The notes beneath the pieces are model-generated. The model had not been told where the DNA came from. It ran no database searches and saw nothing but the letters and a program-made list of their open reading frames with translations. The translations under genes and the position numbers were made by a program. A stretch of DNA of 48,341 bases, filler included, from Catajapyx aquilonaris (Eukaryota), in NCBI GenBank assembly GCA_000934665.2. It is 2 parts of 2 records of this genome, joined end to end, with 100 filler letters (N's around TTAATTAATTAA, not from the genome) between each part and the next. Parts side by side here need not be neighbours in the genome. Positions count along the whole stretch, not along the records: positions 24,227 to 48,341 come from JYFJ02005568.1; 1 more part is not named here. One strand, 5' to 3'. Below, in pieces: positions 36,818 through 47,770 of the stretch. Each line of letters starts with the position of its first letter. The stretch's first letter is position 1.

Positions 36818-38506
36818 CATCATATTTATTTCCCCCTGTCTCTCTACAGGGGGGACTTCACACTGTAATAACATATTTACATACATTAGAACCCTATTAC
36901 ATTTCATAACACGTCTTCTCCTCCACCCCCCACCAACTGTACATTTTACAAATTATTCACATGTTCAGATGCCATTTAGCCACGTATACTAAAAAATAAA
37001 AAAGATTTTTGATGTTGTCTTTGGGGGGCTTATCAACCAACGGAACCAGACCGCCACTCCTGGGGACCCGGGGGAAGTTATTCAAGTAGGAATTTCTCCC
37101 TCCCGCGAACATTGGACATTCGTATATCGTGTGATACCAGTCGTCTAATTGATTCGAGTTACACAGGGGACATATCTCTGTCGGGTCTATTTTCACGTAT
37201 CGGTTTCCACCTAACGGGATCCAATTTGCGCCGGTTCTTATACATGCCAGCATTCGGCTGAGGGAAATATCCAACTGTATTGTCATGTAGAATGCTGGAA
37301 AATATCTATAGTTGTCGTACAGCGGATCCTTGTCTTGGTTCAATTCTGATTGGTTTAATCTATTGCAGTCATTTACAACTTCATTATCTAACATAATTTG
37401 AGCCAAATTAGCATATTTCTGTGTCCAAGTTTGATCATCAAGTGACGTAAAGTTATTTATTGAATGACCATATGCTTCTAGACTGCTATCTAGTTGTTTA
37501 ATCCAATTGTATCTTTTAGGGGGGCTATTAGCCGACTTTAGATATATTAGCGCTTTATTTGGTAGTCTAACAGGTTTCATGTTTTGAAATCTTCGTAAGT
37601 ATCGGAGGGCATGTAAGATTATTTTATTTTTCAGTGGTGGGCGGCCGGCTTCCAAGCGCAGTAGATAACCTGCTGTTCTAGTTCCCGTCGCAAGTAGTTT
37701 CCTTATTGCGTAAGTTTGGATGATTTCAATTTCGTTCAGGAGGTTTAGGCCCCAAATGGGGATTGCATATAAAGCCGCTGAGAAAATGGTTGAATCTATG
37801 AACTTTAAAGCAGACGTTAGAAGAGGCAATTTTGCTTGCTTAAGTAACTGCCAGGACACGTTCATTTTTGATTTCGCCTTACTTATTTTTTCTTCTAGTT
37901 CCTTTAAAAATTGACCGGATGATGAAAAATTTACGCCTAAATATCGGTAACTGGAGACTATTTCAATAGGAATGTCGTTTATCCTGAATTTATCCGTTGC
38001 TGGTAATTGGCCTCCTTTCCTAAATATTACCGCCTTAGTTTTCGTGAAGTTCAGTTTTAGTTCGTTCATCTCCAGGTACTCATAGGTATGTGATATGAGC
38101 TTTTGCATGTAGAGCCAATTATCTGACATCAGTACTAGATCGTCAGCAAACATCAAGGTTTTCAGTTCATACTTGTCTCCGGGTAGTTGTATGCCCCCGA
38201 CTGAGTGATGGTTAAGCCATACGCTAAAGTCATGGAGATATAGCGAGAAGAGTATCGGCGAAAGAGGATCCCCTTGAAGGACGCCCTTTCCGAGCTGCAC
38301 CTTTAGTATTTTTTTCCCTCCTACCACATGGTGAATTTTAGCTTTTTGATAAAAATCTATGAGCACTGCCAAATACCGCCCTGAAAGGCCTAATTTTTCT
38401 AACTTGTTCCAAAGTTTTGAACGAGGGACTGAATCGAAAGCCTGCGTTAAGTCCAAAAATATCGTGTACGCTTTACCCTTAATCCTATTTAGCCTAGAGT
38501 GAATTC
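36818..38506 (-). mobile_element. 5'-truncated non-LTR retrotransposon (LINE; RTEX/Daphne-like, clade tentative)
   Basis: RT ORF plus 3' UTR ending in hairpin TCCCCCTGT-AGAGAG-ACAGGGGGA and AATAAA; perfect 13-bp TSD TGGTCACTCCTAT (36805-36817/38507-38519). Confidence 0.93.
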
Positions 38507-38513
38507 TGGTCAC
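36957..38513 (-). CDS. LINE reverse transcriptase, N-truncated, with C-terminal CCHC motif
   Basis: IFLDLTQAFDSV, GVLQGDPLSPILFSLYL, LMFADDLVL, YRYLGV, CPLC-x8-H-x4-C; no internal stops. Confidence 0.95.
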   Translation of the reverse strand: MTRIHSRLNRIKGKAYTIFLDLTQAFDSVPRSKLWNKLEKLGLSGRYLAVLIDFYQKAKIHHVVGGKKILKVQLGKGVLQGDPLSPILFSLYLHDFSVWLNHHSVGGIQLPGDKYELKTLMFADDLVLMSDNWLYMQKLISHTYEYLEMNELKLNFTKTKAVIFRKGGQLPATDKFRINDIPIEIVSSYRYLGVNFSSSGQFLKELEEKISKAKSKMNVSWQLLKQAKLPLLTSALKFIDSTIFSAALYAIPIWGLNLLNEIEIIQTYAIRKLLATGTRTAGYLLRLEAGRPPLKNKIILHALRYLRRFQNMKPVRLPNKALIYLKSANSPPKRYNWIKQLDSSLEAYGHSINNFTSLDDQTWTQKYANLAQIMLDNEVVNDCNRLNQSELNQDKDPLYDNYRYFPAFYMTIQLDISLSRMLACIRTGANWIPLGGNRYVKIDPTEICPLCNSNQLDDWYHTIYECPMFAGGRNSYLNNFPRVPRSGGLVPLVDKPPKDNIKNLFYFLVYVAKWHLNM

Positions 38514-40007
38514 TCCTATTGCTTATAGCCATCTCTGATGTTCAGTACGACTACATACCACCTGTCCAAATAGGCCTACTCACCCTGTGACTGTCTCCAA
38601 CTCTGAAAAAGCGCAACAAGTTTCTGAAACAACAATTTCCTGTCAGGAAAATGACGCCATCTTGTTTCATCGAGGGTGCATTCTGATGCCTGGATTGCTC
38701 CACGCCGGTCCAAGAGGTTCGATGACAGCAAAATCCAGCGCAAAATCTAAAATCTGTGCACCGGAACGTGACTGGAACCAAGGCTATTTCCACTCCAGGA
38801 GACTCCAGGAGATTCCAACCAAAATAATCGAAAATAATGCAAATCGTTTGGCACGAAAATCCATCACGCCGACAGATGGCTCTGTACGCATCAGAGGGGG
38901 CGGGAGCGCTAGACGTGGGAGTGTAGGGCGCGACATACGAAGAGTAATGTGAACATGCATATGACCTTAGGCCTGTTTTGCATACGGCTGTAAAACCGGA
39001 TATGGAAAATTTTACTATAGTTCCGTCAAGTTTAAAGCGCCAAACGATGTGCCCAAATGATCAGCAAAAACTGGAGCTTTGGAGGCGGAAAATTCAACGG
39101 TCTGATTACATATTTGCGAATATTTACTCAATTTTAATGTCATTCTACATGTCTTAGGAATATAATTATGATCGAGCGGAACTTTACACATGTTATAAAC
39201 GGCAAAGAAATACTCGTATATTCTCAACCCATGAGATCAGTGCAAACTAACAAGTGATGATGTGCCAACAGTATTTTAAAATGCCCCCACTTACCTCTCT
39301 TCTCGCGTCAAGAAACGCAAGGCAGAATATTCATTACTAGCAGAAGTAAGAGCGTACAGGTGAGTTCTGCTCAGGCATATTACAATAATGGATGCAGTAT
39401 AATAATTAATATTTGCATAGAATTAATTTTTCAAGTTGGTACCACATGTGTGCTGACAAAATCCACTCTTGTGATTTATTAGAAATACTTTGTCGTATAA
39501 ATAAAGGTACCAATACTTTTTAATATTGTATCTCCTGGTATGCATAATAGGTACCTGATGGTAATTTTGTTTCTTTCTAATATGGCCAACATGGCCATAA
39601 TTGCAACCCAGACGATTTTACAGAAAATCCTAAATTAAGCCGTCATAGTTGGAGTAACTCAAATCACAATGAGTGACTGGAATAAGCATTAAAATGTGCA
39701 TATGAAACAGTCGCACAATTGAAACGGCACGCCAATGGGACCTGAAAACAATGGCCAACTTTGCTCGACACGATTCTCGGCAATATGGCGGGAGGCGCTG
39801 AACTTCGCGGCGCCAAGTAATGATATTCGGCATCACCCCTCTAGAGACCTGCCTGAACACCATGCAGACACTATCTCCCGGATTCGGCTGTAACTAACCG
39901 AGATACAGTCCATTGGCCATATTACCTTCTATGGCCATATTTTCATCAGGGACCTTATATGGATGTGAATCCACTTGTTTTTCCCCCCTTCCTTCACTGC
40001 ATTTTAA

Positions 40008-40252
40008 TTAGGCCATGCCAAAGATGAGAAAAATGATGGCAAAAGAAACCCAAGGAATCAGCAGCAGTGCATGACCTACAGATGATGACACTACACTTGG
40101 AGCTGCAGGCGATGAAGGCACAGCTGTCACTGAGGAGGAAAGTTTCTCCGTATTGAGGTCAATTACCTTGCCAAATGGTTGGGGGCGTACCCTTACAAAG
40201 TCGGGTGACTGTGCATGCTTTTCCTTTTGCGATGGGGACACATTGTTACCAT
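40008..40252 (-). CDS. Terminal exon of an unidentified gene: Ser/Pro-rich stalk plus hydrophobic C-terminus (GPI-signal-like)
   Basis: ctgaacag|(D)GNNVSPSQ...APSVVSSSVGHALLLIPWVSFAIIFLIFGMA*; downstream AATAAA at 39475-39480. Confidence 0.6.
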
Positions 40253-40481
40253 CTGTTCAGATTAAGTTAGTGGCAGTATGGTTCATCACAGCCATCACTT
40301 TGGGTACGAGGAAATGACAGGGGCATCCAGTAAGGTGGGACAGGAGATAGGGCCTACTTCAATCATACCAAAGAAGCTCTCTAGGAGCAAAAGAGTTAGT
40401 CACAATAACTTTGAGCAAGACACCTCTGTGTTCTGGTACTGATGTCAGTAATTTAGAGCTTCATGACTCTAGCGTTTTTAA

Positions 40482-41261
40482 CCCTTTGATGACGGAGTTT
40501 TTTTCCCCCTTTTCCGGAAATTTTATGACCTCGCCGATTTTCTTCAAATTCGGTGCATTGGTAGCCCACGCCAAGGGATGAAAAACGCCCCTATAGTTAC
40601 CTGATAAAAATGACCTCGTGACCCAATTTTGAGGGGGGCAGAGGTCAAATTTCGACCTCACCGGATTTTCTTCAAATTCGGTGCATTGGTAGCCCACACC
40701 AAGGGATGAAAAACGCACCTATAGTTACCTGATCAAAATGACCTCGTGACCCAATTCTGATGGGGCAGAAGTCAAATTCCAACCTCACCGATTTTCTTGA
40801 AATTCGGGGGTTATACCAAGGTTATACACACTTACATTTTTTGCGTACACGTACTACCCGCCTTAGTGAATCACAAGGGAGACTTTGCAAGTGCCAGTCA
40901 CAAATTTTCTTGAAATTCGTCGCATTGACATAGGTCCCCTCCAATATGGGTCACAGGGTCATGTCGAGCAGGGAACTATAGGTGGGTTTGTCATCCCTTG
41001 GTGTGGGCTACTAATCCACCGAATTTGAAGATAATCGGCGAGGTCGGAATTTTATGATTTGACCTCTGCCCCACTCAAAATTGGGTCACAGGGTCACTTT
41101 CATCAGGTCACTATAGGTGCGTTTTTCATCCCTTGGGGTGGGCTACCAATCCACCGAATCTCAAGAAAATCGGTGAGGTTGCAATTTTTTGCGTTGAAAA
41201 ATGACCCAAGTTGGCAGGGCAAATCTCCGGACATCATATGATGGCCGTAGGCAGCAAAGGG
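40482..41261. mobile_element. piggyBac-like MITE with internal repeats of about 125 bp in both orientations
   Basis: TTAA|CCCTTTG ... CAAAGGG|TTAA; repeated CCAAGGGATGAAAAACGC.CCTATAG unit and its inverse. Confidence 0.85.
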
Positions 41262-41631
41262 TTAAACTGTCAAACCGATACGATGTCTGAAGAATATGAT
41301 TATGTCGGTAACAGAGTGTACGCTTACAGCAAGAAATGGGCTGGCCTTCATTCAGGTAGGACTGGCTGGAAAATTATAACTCACATCAGCCCTGTGTAAC
41401 GTGGCTATCAATTATTTACTTTCAGGGATGTGCTTTCAATTCAAGTACTGGCGCAGACTTGTTCTCCGAAGGAAAGGTGCTAAGAAAAACCATATGATAA
41501 TAGAAACATCAATCGTGCAAGAAAACGCCACTATCAAAGGAATATAACATGAAACAGATAATCCAAAAAAAAAGCAGTATGAGATCTATAAAAATGCAGA
41601 CAAGTTATTGACAAACAAGTGTCTCCCGGAT

Positions 41632-42455
41632 CTAATTCTCTCCATCTCCACTCTCCCCATCCTGACTGGAGCTACGCCAGATGAGTTTCTCCTCGTAAAA
41701 CTTGATCACGACCTGGGGGCAGCGAGAGTTTGCCTGACACGCTGGGACGAGATCAGCCTCATCCGTGCCCTTCCTGTTAGGAGGAGAAAGAAAAATGCGC
41801 TTTACAAATGCTGACTACACTACAATGTACAGTACAGTCATGGGCAGAAGTAACTGAAGGCAAGGCAAACCAACCACTTCATGAGAAACATGAGCTCCCC
41901 GCTGATGTATGTAGCTTTAATTATCCTCTCAGGCTCCAAGTCCCTGTCAAAGCCTCTGGGTTTGCCTTCCTCTTCGACCTTCTTCTTCTTGGCAGGCTTT
42001 TCCTCCCCGCCTCCTGCATCCCCACCAGGACCAGCTGCGGTGGTGCTCTCCTTCTTCTTCTTGGCAGGCCTTTTCTCCCCGCCTCCTGCATCCCCACCAG
42101 GACCAGCTGCAGGGGTCCGCTGCTTCTTCTTCTTCCTTTCGCCTCCGGTAGATGCTGCTTCCTTGGGCGCAGGCGTATCTTTCTCCTTTTTCTCACCATT
42201 CTTCCCTTCTGATTGCTTGCGCTTGTTCTCAAAGTCTTCAATGAGATCGGGGCATTCGAGGTTTCCAAGGGGTTCCCAGGTGTTGCTCTCATCACCATAG
42301 TACTTCCACTTGAGGAAGTACTCAGTTTCGCCATTTCTAATCCGCTTGTCAAGGATCTTCTCCACAGAATACTGATGCTCTCCCTCCTTCTCCCCCTCCC
42401 TGGAATCCTCTTCGGGTGAAGGGTTGGGCTCCTTTGCTGCAGACTTGCGGCCCAT
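41632..42455 (-). CDS. HP1: Heterochromatin protein 1 / chromobox family protein (chromodomain, hinge, chromoshadow), 240 aa
   Basis: Exons 41875-42455 and 41632-41773 (phase-2 intron in W). Chromodomain [30 protein letters not shown]; chromoshadow [50 protein letters not shown]. Acceptor at 42470 implies a non-coding upstream exon (candidate donor at 43326). Confidence 0.95.
41977..42120 (-). repeat. 72-bp tandem duplication in the HP1 hinge
   Basis: [18 protein letters not shown] twice, at a 72-nt offset. Confidence 0.9.
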
Positions 42456-42897
42456 TTCTTCAGTGCGGGACTGCAATTAGAAACAAGGGGCTGGGGGGGG
42501 GGGGNGGGGGGCAAAGGTGCCGATCACATTGTGATATTCAATTCGCCATCAATTATGATGAAAACTATACGGTAATATTCCTTGAGCGCTTCTAGTTCAG
42601 TAACGTCTCACGAATTTATGATTACTTGGCACCCAATCCACTTATTAGGCGTTAGGCCCAAAGCTACTAAGGAAATAGGAAGATTGGGAATAAGCCCCTC
42701 TAACGTGTCTACTGCTATGGAAGTTTGTAGCTAGCTCGCCTGCGGCGCTAGTTTGGTGGATGGGTGGGGAGGATGTGGGGAGGAGCTGCGGAGTGGCCGA
42801 GTGGGGAGGGGAAGTGTGGAGAAGGGTGGATGTCGCATTGGAGGTCGTGGTCACTGGTGATTGGTTAGGAGATCATCCACGTTGTAACCATGTTGGG

Positions 42898-43184
42898 CCG
42901 GCGCCGGTGGACTAGTGGTTAGCGCGCTCGCCTCTGGTCCCAAAGTTGTGGGTTCGAACCCGGCCGAGGTCGGTCGGTGACTTTTCTCTGGGTGGTAGAA
43001 AAGTGAGAGTGCGCCTTCCTTCGGAGGGGAAGTAAAGCCGTCGGACCCGTGTGCTTGTGACATATATTGCGCGAGTGCACGTTAAAGATCCCCAGAGTGG
43101 CCAAATTTCCAGGAGGAGGAACACCCCCTGGCGTCGGTGTTGAGCCTAGCGGCAGAAATAGGCCGACGTTAATCCCCCACTAAA
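42898..43184 (+). mobile_element. tRNA-derived SINE with a Nin/Deu-like central domain
   Basis: A box GGTGGACTAGTGG, B box GGTTCGAACCC; CCTTCGGA..GTAAAGCCG..GCACGTTAAAGATCCC core; TSD GTAACCAYGTTGGG (42884-42897/43185-43198). Confidence 0.85.
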
Positions 43185-43419
43185 GTAACCACGTTGGGAC
43201 TTAAAGATGGCGGGCCGGCTTTGTTCGGCTCGCTATTGCTGTGTCAGTGAAGCGGGGCAAGGATAGACTACTACTTTATCCGCGTACCCCCAAAGATCCT
43301 AAGCTGCACCGAGAATGGTGCTTACGTTCCGGAAGGAGTGACTTGTTGAAAAGGGGTAAATCAGTCGGCAGTTGAGCGTACAACGGAATTGTAACAAGCA
43401 CAGACTTTTAAAAACCCTT

Positions 43420-43706
43420 TTTAAGGACACGCTTTATGAGGTAGCGAATTCGATTCTGAGAGCCTGTCACTCCGCCGTTTGACGTATGGAGGTTGCGAAC
43501 TCATCCACTCGCGTGACTACCTCTCGATGATGGTTTGGAAGTAGCGATCTCACAAATTCACGTGACTACTACCGCTATCTGGCATTGAGGTTGCGAGCTC
43601 ATGCCTAATGTGAATACCTACCGCTAGATGGTGGGGAATGGCGAACTCGCTGCACGCGGGCGGACAGACATCCGTCGTACTGAAGCTAATATCAAGCGTG
43701 TAAAAA
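43420..43706 (+). mobile_element. Helentron/DINE-1-like non-autonomous element
   Basis: Short subterminal IR ACACGCTT / AAGCGTGT, GGACAGAC tract near the 3' end, internal repeats GAGGTWGCGA. Confidence 0.5.
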
Positions 43707-45464
43707 GTCGGACTTGTTAAAATTAAATTAATTGTTAAAAAACAAAAACTTGTTTAATGAAATTTTAATTGTTAAATTTGTGTCGCTCCGTAATTAGGTG
43801 GCAGCGAAGGAGTTAATGTCGATTTGGTTAATGTTTCCGGCTGATGGCGCAACGCTAGAAGTGGCAACGTGACATTATGGCCAGGGCGCATGCGCCATGT
43901 GACCAGCATTATTTTTATAATTCACTATACCATAATAATTTTAAACCTACTTGGATTGCATAGATTTTTTTCTTGTAATTGCCAAATCACGCGAGCGTGA
44001 TTCTAGCAGAATTTTTCTAATTAATTTTGGGTAGCAGGAAATGAGGCTGACAACTGTGCTGATAACATTCAAAAAGAACCCCCCCCCCCCCCCAGACAAT
44101 TATTTTGAATCGCAACAGTATCGTATCAGTCACAGGTGTGAAGCTGCGTTTACCAGGCCCATGTAATTTATTGTACTGTACACGTGATTTCTAACAGTAT
44201 AGCAAAGTTTGCTAGAGTGTGAGGAGGAAAACATGATTGTAAAGGCTGGACCAGAATTTAACAGACAGGCATTGTCCGACATCTTTTGAAGCACAAATCG
44301 ATCACTCTATTGAGCCATCAAATTCAATAACATTAGAACTGTAGTTTCATTACCAGACACTGTGTCTAAAATCAAAATTAGACATATAGGTAGCTGCTTC
44401 CATGTTAGACTCCTGACACACAAATATACTGTAGATACATGCACAAGAGTGAAGAATATGAAATGGCAAAAGAGATTAAGAATTACATATTGGACATCCA
44501 ATTTTATAACTTAGCTGTTGTGGATTATATATCAGCGTATCGCCAAAAAAATGTATATAAAAGTGCAAAATAATGTCAATATATCTCGCAAAAATAAATA
44601 TAACATACTTTTTACGGGAGTCAAACGAAACATCTGCTAATGTATGTTTTTTTAAAAAAAATCAACCCCTATTTAATGTAGCATACATGCACGCTATGTA
44701 TAGTACATTGAAAAAATAGGCCTGGTCATGGGAATTAATTTTGTATGGTTGAGACCCAAATAGTTGCAGCAACAGTGCTGTTTATTGCGTCAACCCATTT
44801 ATTGGTGCCTACACTCAGAACTCAGTGTCAGTGTCAGAGAATCTTGGTTGTCACACAACCATAGATAGCCTATATTATCTCTCTCCTGGTGAAAAGGAGA
44901 CGCAGCGTAAATATCCTCAGATCCAGCCATCCTTACATTGCAAGTGTAATAATGTCATCCCAATGCGTCAGTGTGACCCAACAGGAACCTTTCAATTCAA
45001 TGTCACCTCTGCCCTCACATAATCACTTGATTACTGTCACTTACAAAAGTTGGGAACACACCATGATTTTGATTTTTAATATATAAAAGAACAAAAGCCA
45101 AAAAGGAGAAGCCTAAGTTTTGCCTGGCATAGTGACACACGTGCTGTGTGAGTTTCAGCTTCAGGGCTTTCCAAACGTACTTATGAGGCACGTTACACTG
45201 CAGTTTTGTGTCGCTTTCCCTTAAACCGCGTTAATTATGAGCGCTTTCGGTATAGGGAGTTAGGCCTACACGAGAGGGCTTGAAGCGCCTTAGCCCATTA
45301 GTGGAAGAAGTAGCTGGGAAAACCTGGCATTTGATGATGATTAAAGTGTGCCACTTGGCATGGTGCTTCCTAGGACCATAAGGAATGATTCCGGAAGTGG
45401 AGCCGAAGATTTCGTCCATTAGGATTCAAGATTGCGGCCAATAATGAAATTGGTCTCCATTGTT

Positions 45465-45725
45465 ACAAAATCGGTATATTTTTCGCAATAAATTGACGAT
45501 TGAGGAGTCAATTGCTAGCAATACGAAGTCGCTGAACACGAATCTAATGTCAGAATACAGTTTGAACACGTTTCAAAGCAATATGGCGACCAACAATCAA
45601 AAGGGCCTCCATTAAATCGGTATTTTTCGCAGGGAATTGACTATTGAGGAGTCAATTCCTAGCAATACGAAGTCTCTCAACACGAATTTAGTGTCAGGAT
45701 CCAATTTAAACGCGTTTTAAAGCAA
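45465..45725. repeat. Tandem duplication, about 145-bp unit, 2 copies
   Basis: AAATCGGTAT..TTTTCGCA..ATTGAGGAGTCAATT.CTAGCAATACGAAGTC at about 45468 and 45613. Confidence 0.8.
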
Positions 45726-45856
45726 TTTTAACGAAAATGTCCAATATTGAGTCATCGGTTTGAACAGCGTATGGGTGGCTTAATCAAGGAAAGATACTCG
45801 CAAGGTATGGTGTCAAGCGAACTGCAATGGAAATCGTAATTATATTATTCAAAGAA

Positions 45857-46790
45857 GGGCGACATAGTCCGGCCGCTTAGAACAGGATTTTACAAGAATT
45901 ATGCACAAGAGGTTAAAAGCGATTTCTTTTTTTTTGTCGTGTCAGTAGGGACCTAAGGACCATATTCAGAACGGGAGCCCATCGGATCAGTGACCTTTAA
46001 CCTCTCTACAGTCACGCAAAGTACAGTTTGGGGCCTCATAGTGGCATTGGTTGAGTCCAAAATAAGGTACAAAGCCGCATGTAATGATACAAATGTGCCA
46101 CTTGGCACACACGTTCCTTAGGTTAAACTATTCGATTTGACCCGAAGGACACTATGACTTTGCATGTCGGTGACCCCGGGTGACCCTTTTTTGGGGGTAA
46201 AAAACCGAAAATGGCGGAATAATGGATTATGGGTTCAAATTGGATTTGGTTTTGGTCTAATTCCCCCCATTTTTCATATGTTCCGGGCAACGACATCCTG
46301 CTCTTTTTCCCCTTTGGAAAAAAGGGCTAACTCAAATAGGTCAATGGTTACAGGTCACCGTATTTCGGTATACTTTGCGTGACTGTAGAGAGGTTAAAGG
46401 TCACTGATCCGATGGGCTCCCGTTCTGAATATGGTCCTTAGGTCCCTACTGACACGACAAAAAAAAGAAATCGCTTTTAACCTCTTGTGCATAATTCTTA
46501 CAGCAAGCCGCCGGACTAACACGGTGGCCGAGTGGTTAGCGCTGCAGCCTTCCACCTCTGAGGTCCCGAGTTCGATCCCCGAGTCGGGCAGAGGATACTT
46601 ATGTGGATAGAGTTTCGATGGGTTCTCTCCGTGTTCGCGTGGGTTTCCTCGGGGTTCTCCCGTTTCCTCCCACAATCAAAATCCATCACAGCAAAGGCAA
46701 TGATTAAAGTCGGATATTTAAAAGATGATCCCCTAAGAGGCCCAAAGAGGCCTATCACGGGGTATCCATTATTATTATTATTATTATTAT
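45857..46790 (+). mobile_element. tRNA-derived SINE, family C, head split by a DNA element
   Basis: GGGCGACA [insert] ACACGGTGGCCGAGTGGTTAG; 16-bp TSD TATATTRTTCAAAGAA (45841-45856/46791-46806). Confidence 0.88.
45865..46518. mobile_element. Non-autonomous DNA transposon with TAG..CTA termini, 3-bp TSD and long TIRs (Academ-like, tentative)
   Basis: ACA|TAGTCCGGC ... GCCGGACTA|ACA; near-perfect arms about 45894-46023 and 46371-46499. Confidence 0.8.
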
Positions 46791-47770
46791 TATATTGTTC
46801 AAAGAAATTTGGAGAATAACATATCCACTTAAAAATGTCTTGCCGGTAATTTGGCCAGAGTGAGCAGCACTTGGTATGATGATACTCCAAGGGTAACATC
46901 ACATCACTCATCACCCAGCACTGATGACAAATCATTGAGCTGTCACTCCAAGTTGAGCTTCGCCAATAGAAAGATATGAATAGAGCACTGCCCCACCTCC
47001 TTCCAATTCCCACCCCCTCTGGAGTTAGGAGCTATTGAGAGCAGCGTTGCCTATTTAGTGGTTATGTAGTTTTTTTGTGATCCCGATAGCTGCAAAGACA
47101 CAGCTGGCAACGTATTTTACAGCGCTGTTGAAGGGTCGTCCAGTTACATGGCAGGCTTAACCTGCATCTAATCCCTTGAAGCGATCGTATAAGGTAGTTT
47201 ATCTTAAGGCGCTGGCGAACGTCGCTTCGAGATTTGAAGCGCTTTAGCACCAGTTACACGACAGCGATGAATCGCTCGACGCGAAGCGGCTCCCTGAAAA
47301 GCGATACAAAGCTGCCGTGTAGCGTGCCTCTATTATTGGCGATGTTACAACCGACACCGATCTCCCTTACTTAAATTTCAAATTTTTATGGAGATATTTT
47401 CGAAAATTAATTCAGGCACCTCTATAGACGTGTAAAATTAGTCCCAACACATACACTGTATATTGTGTGGAGTGTGACCTAAGCAACCTTTGCACTGGCA
47501 CAAGTTGGTGCGTGTCTCACACCTGGAGCCCACAACACCCAGTCGTATAAATAATAATAATGGGATGTCTCCGGAGAGTGTTTATTGGTCAAAGGACAAC
47601 CTCTCTCTCCTCCCGATTCTCATCGAGCCCGCCTTATACAGCGAACTATCAGGTGAAAGGCCTGATGGGAAATAGTCATGTATGTATAGAATAGTGAGGC
47701 GCAAAGCCTAAAGTGAGACTGATGAACTGATAGGGCGGTTAAGTGGGTCAAAGGAGCATGAACATGTAAG

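Noticed and set aside
41325..41395. Additional possible short exons between HP1 and the GPI-like exon
   Set aside because: Splice-like signals are present, but phases or stops do not fit the proposed exon chain
41808..42514. Overlapping ORFs of 134-197 aa on both strands
   Set aside because: Shadow frames of the GC-rich HP1 exon
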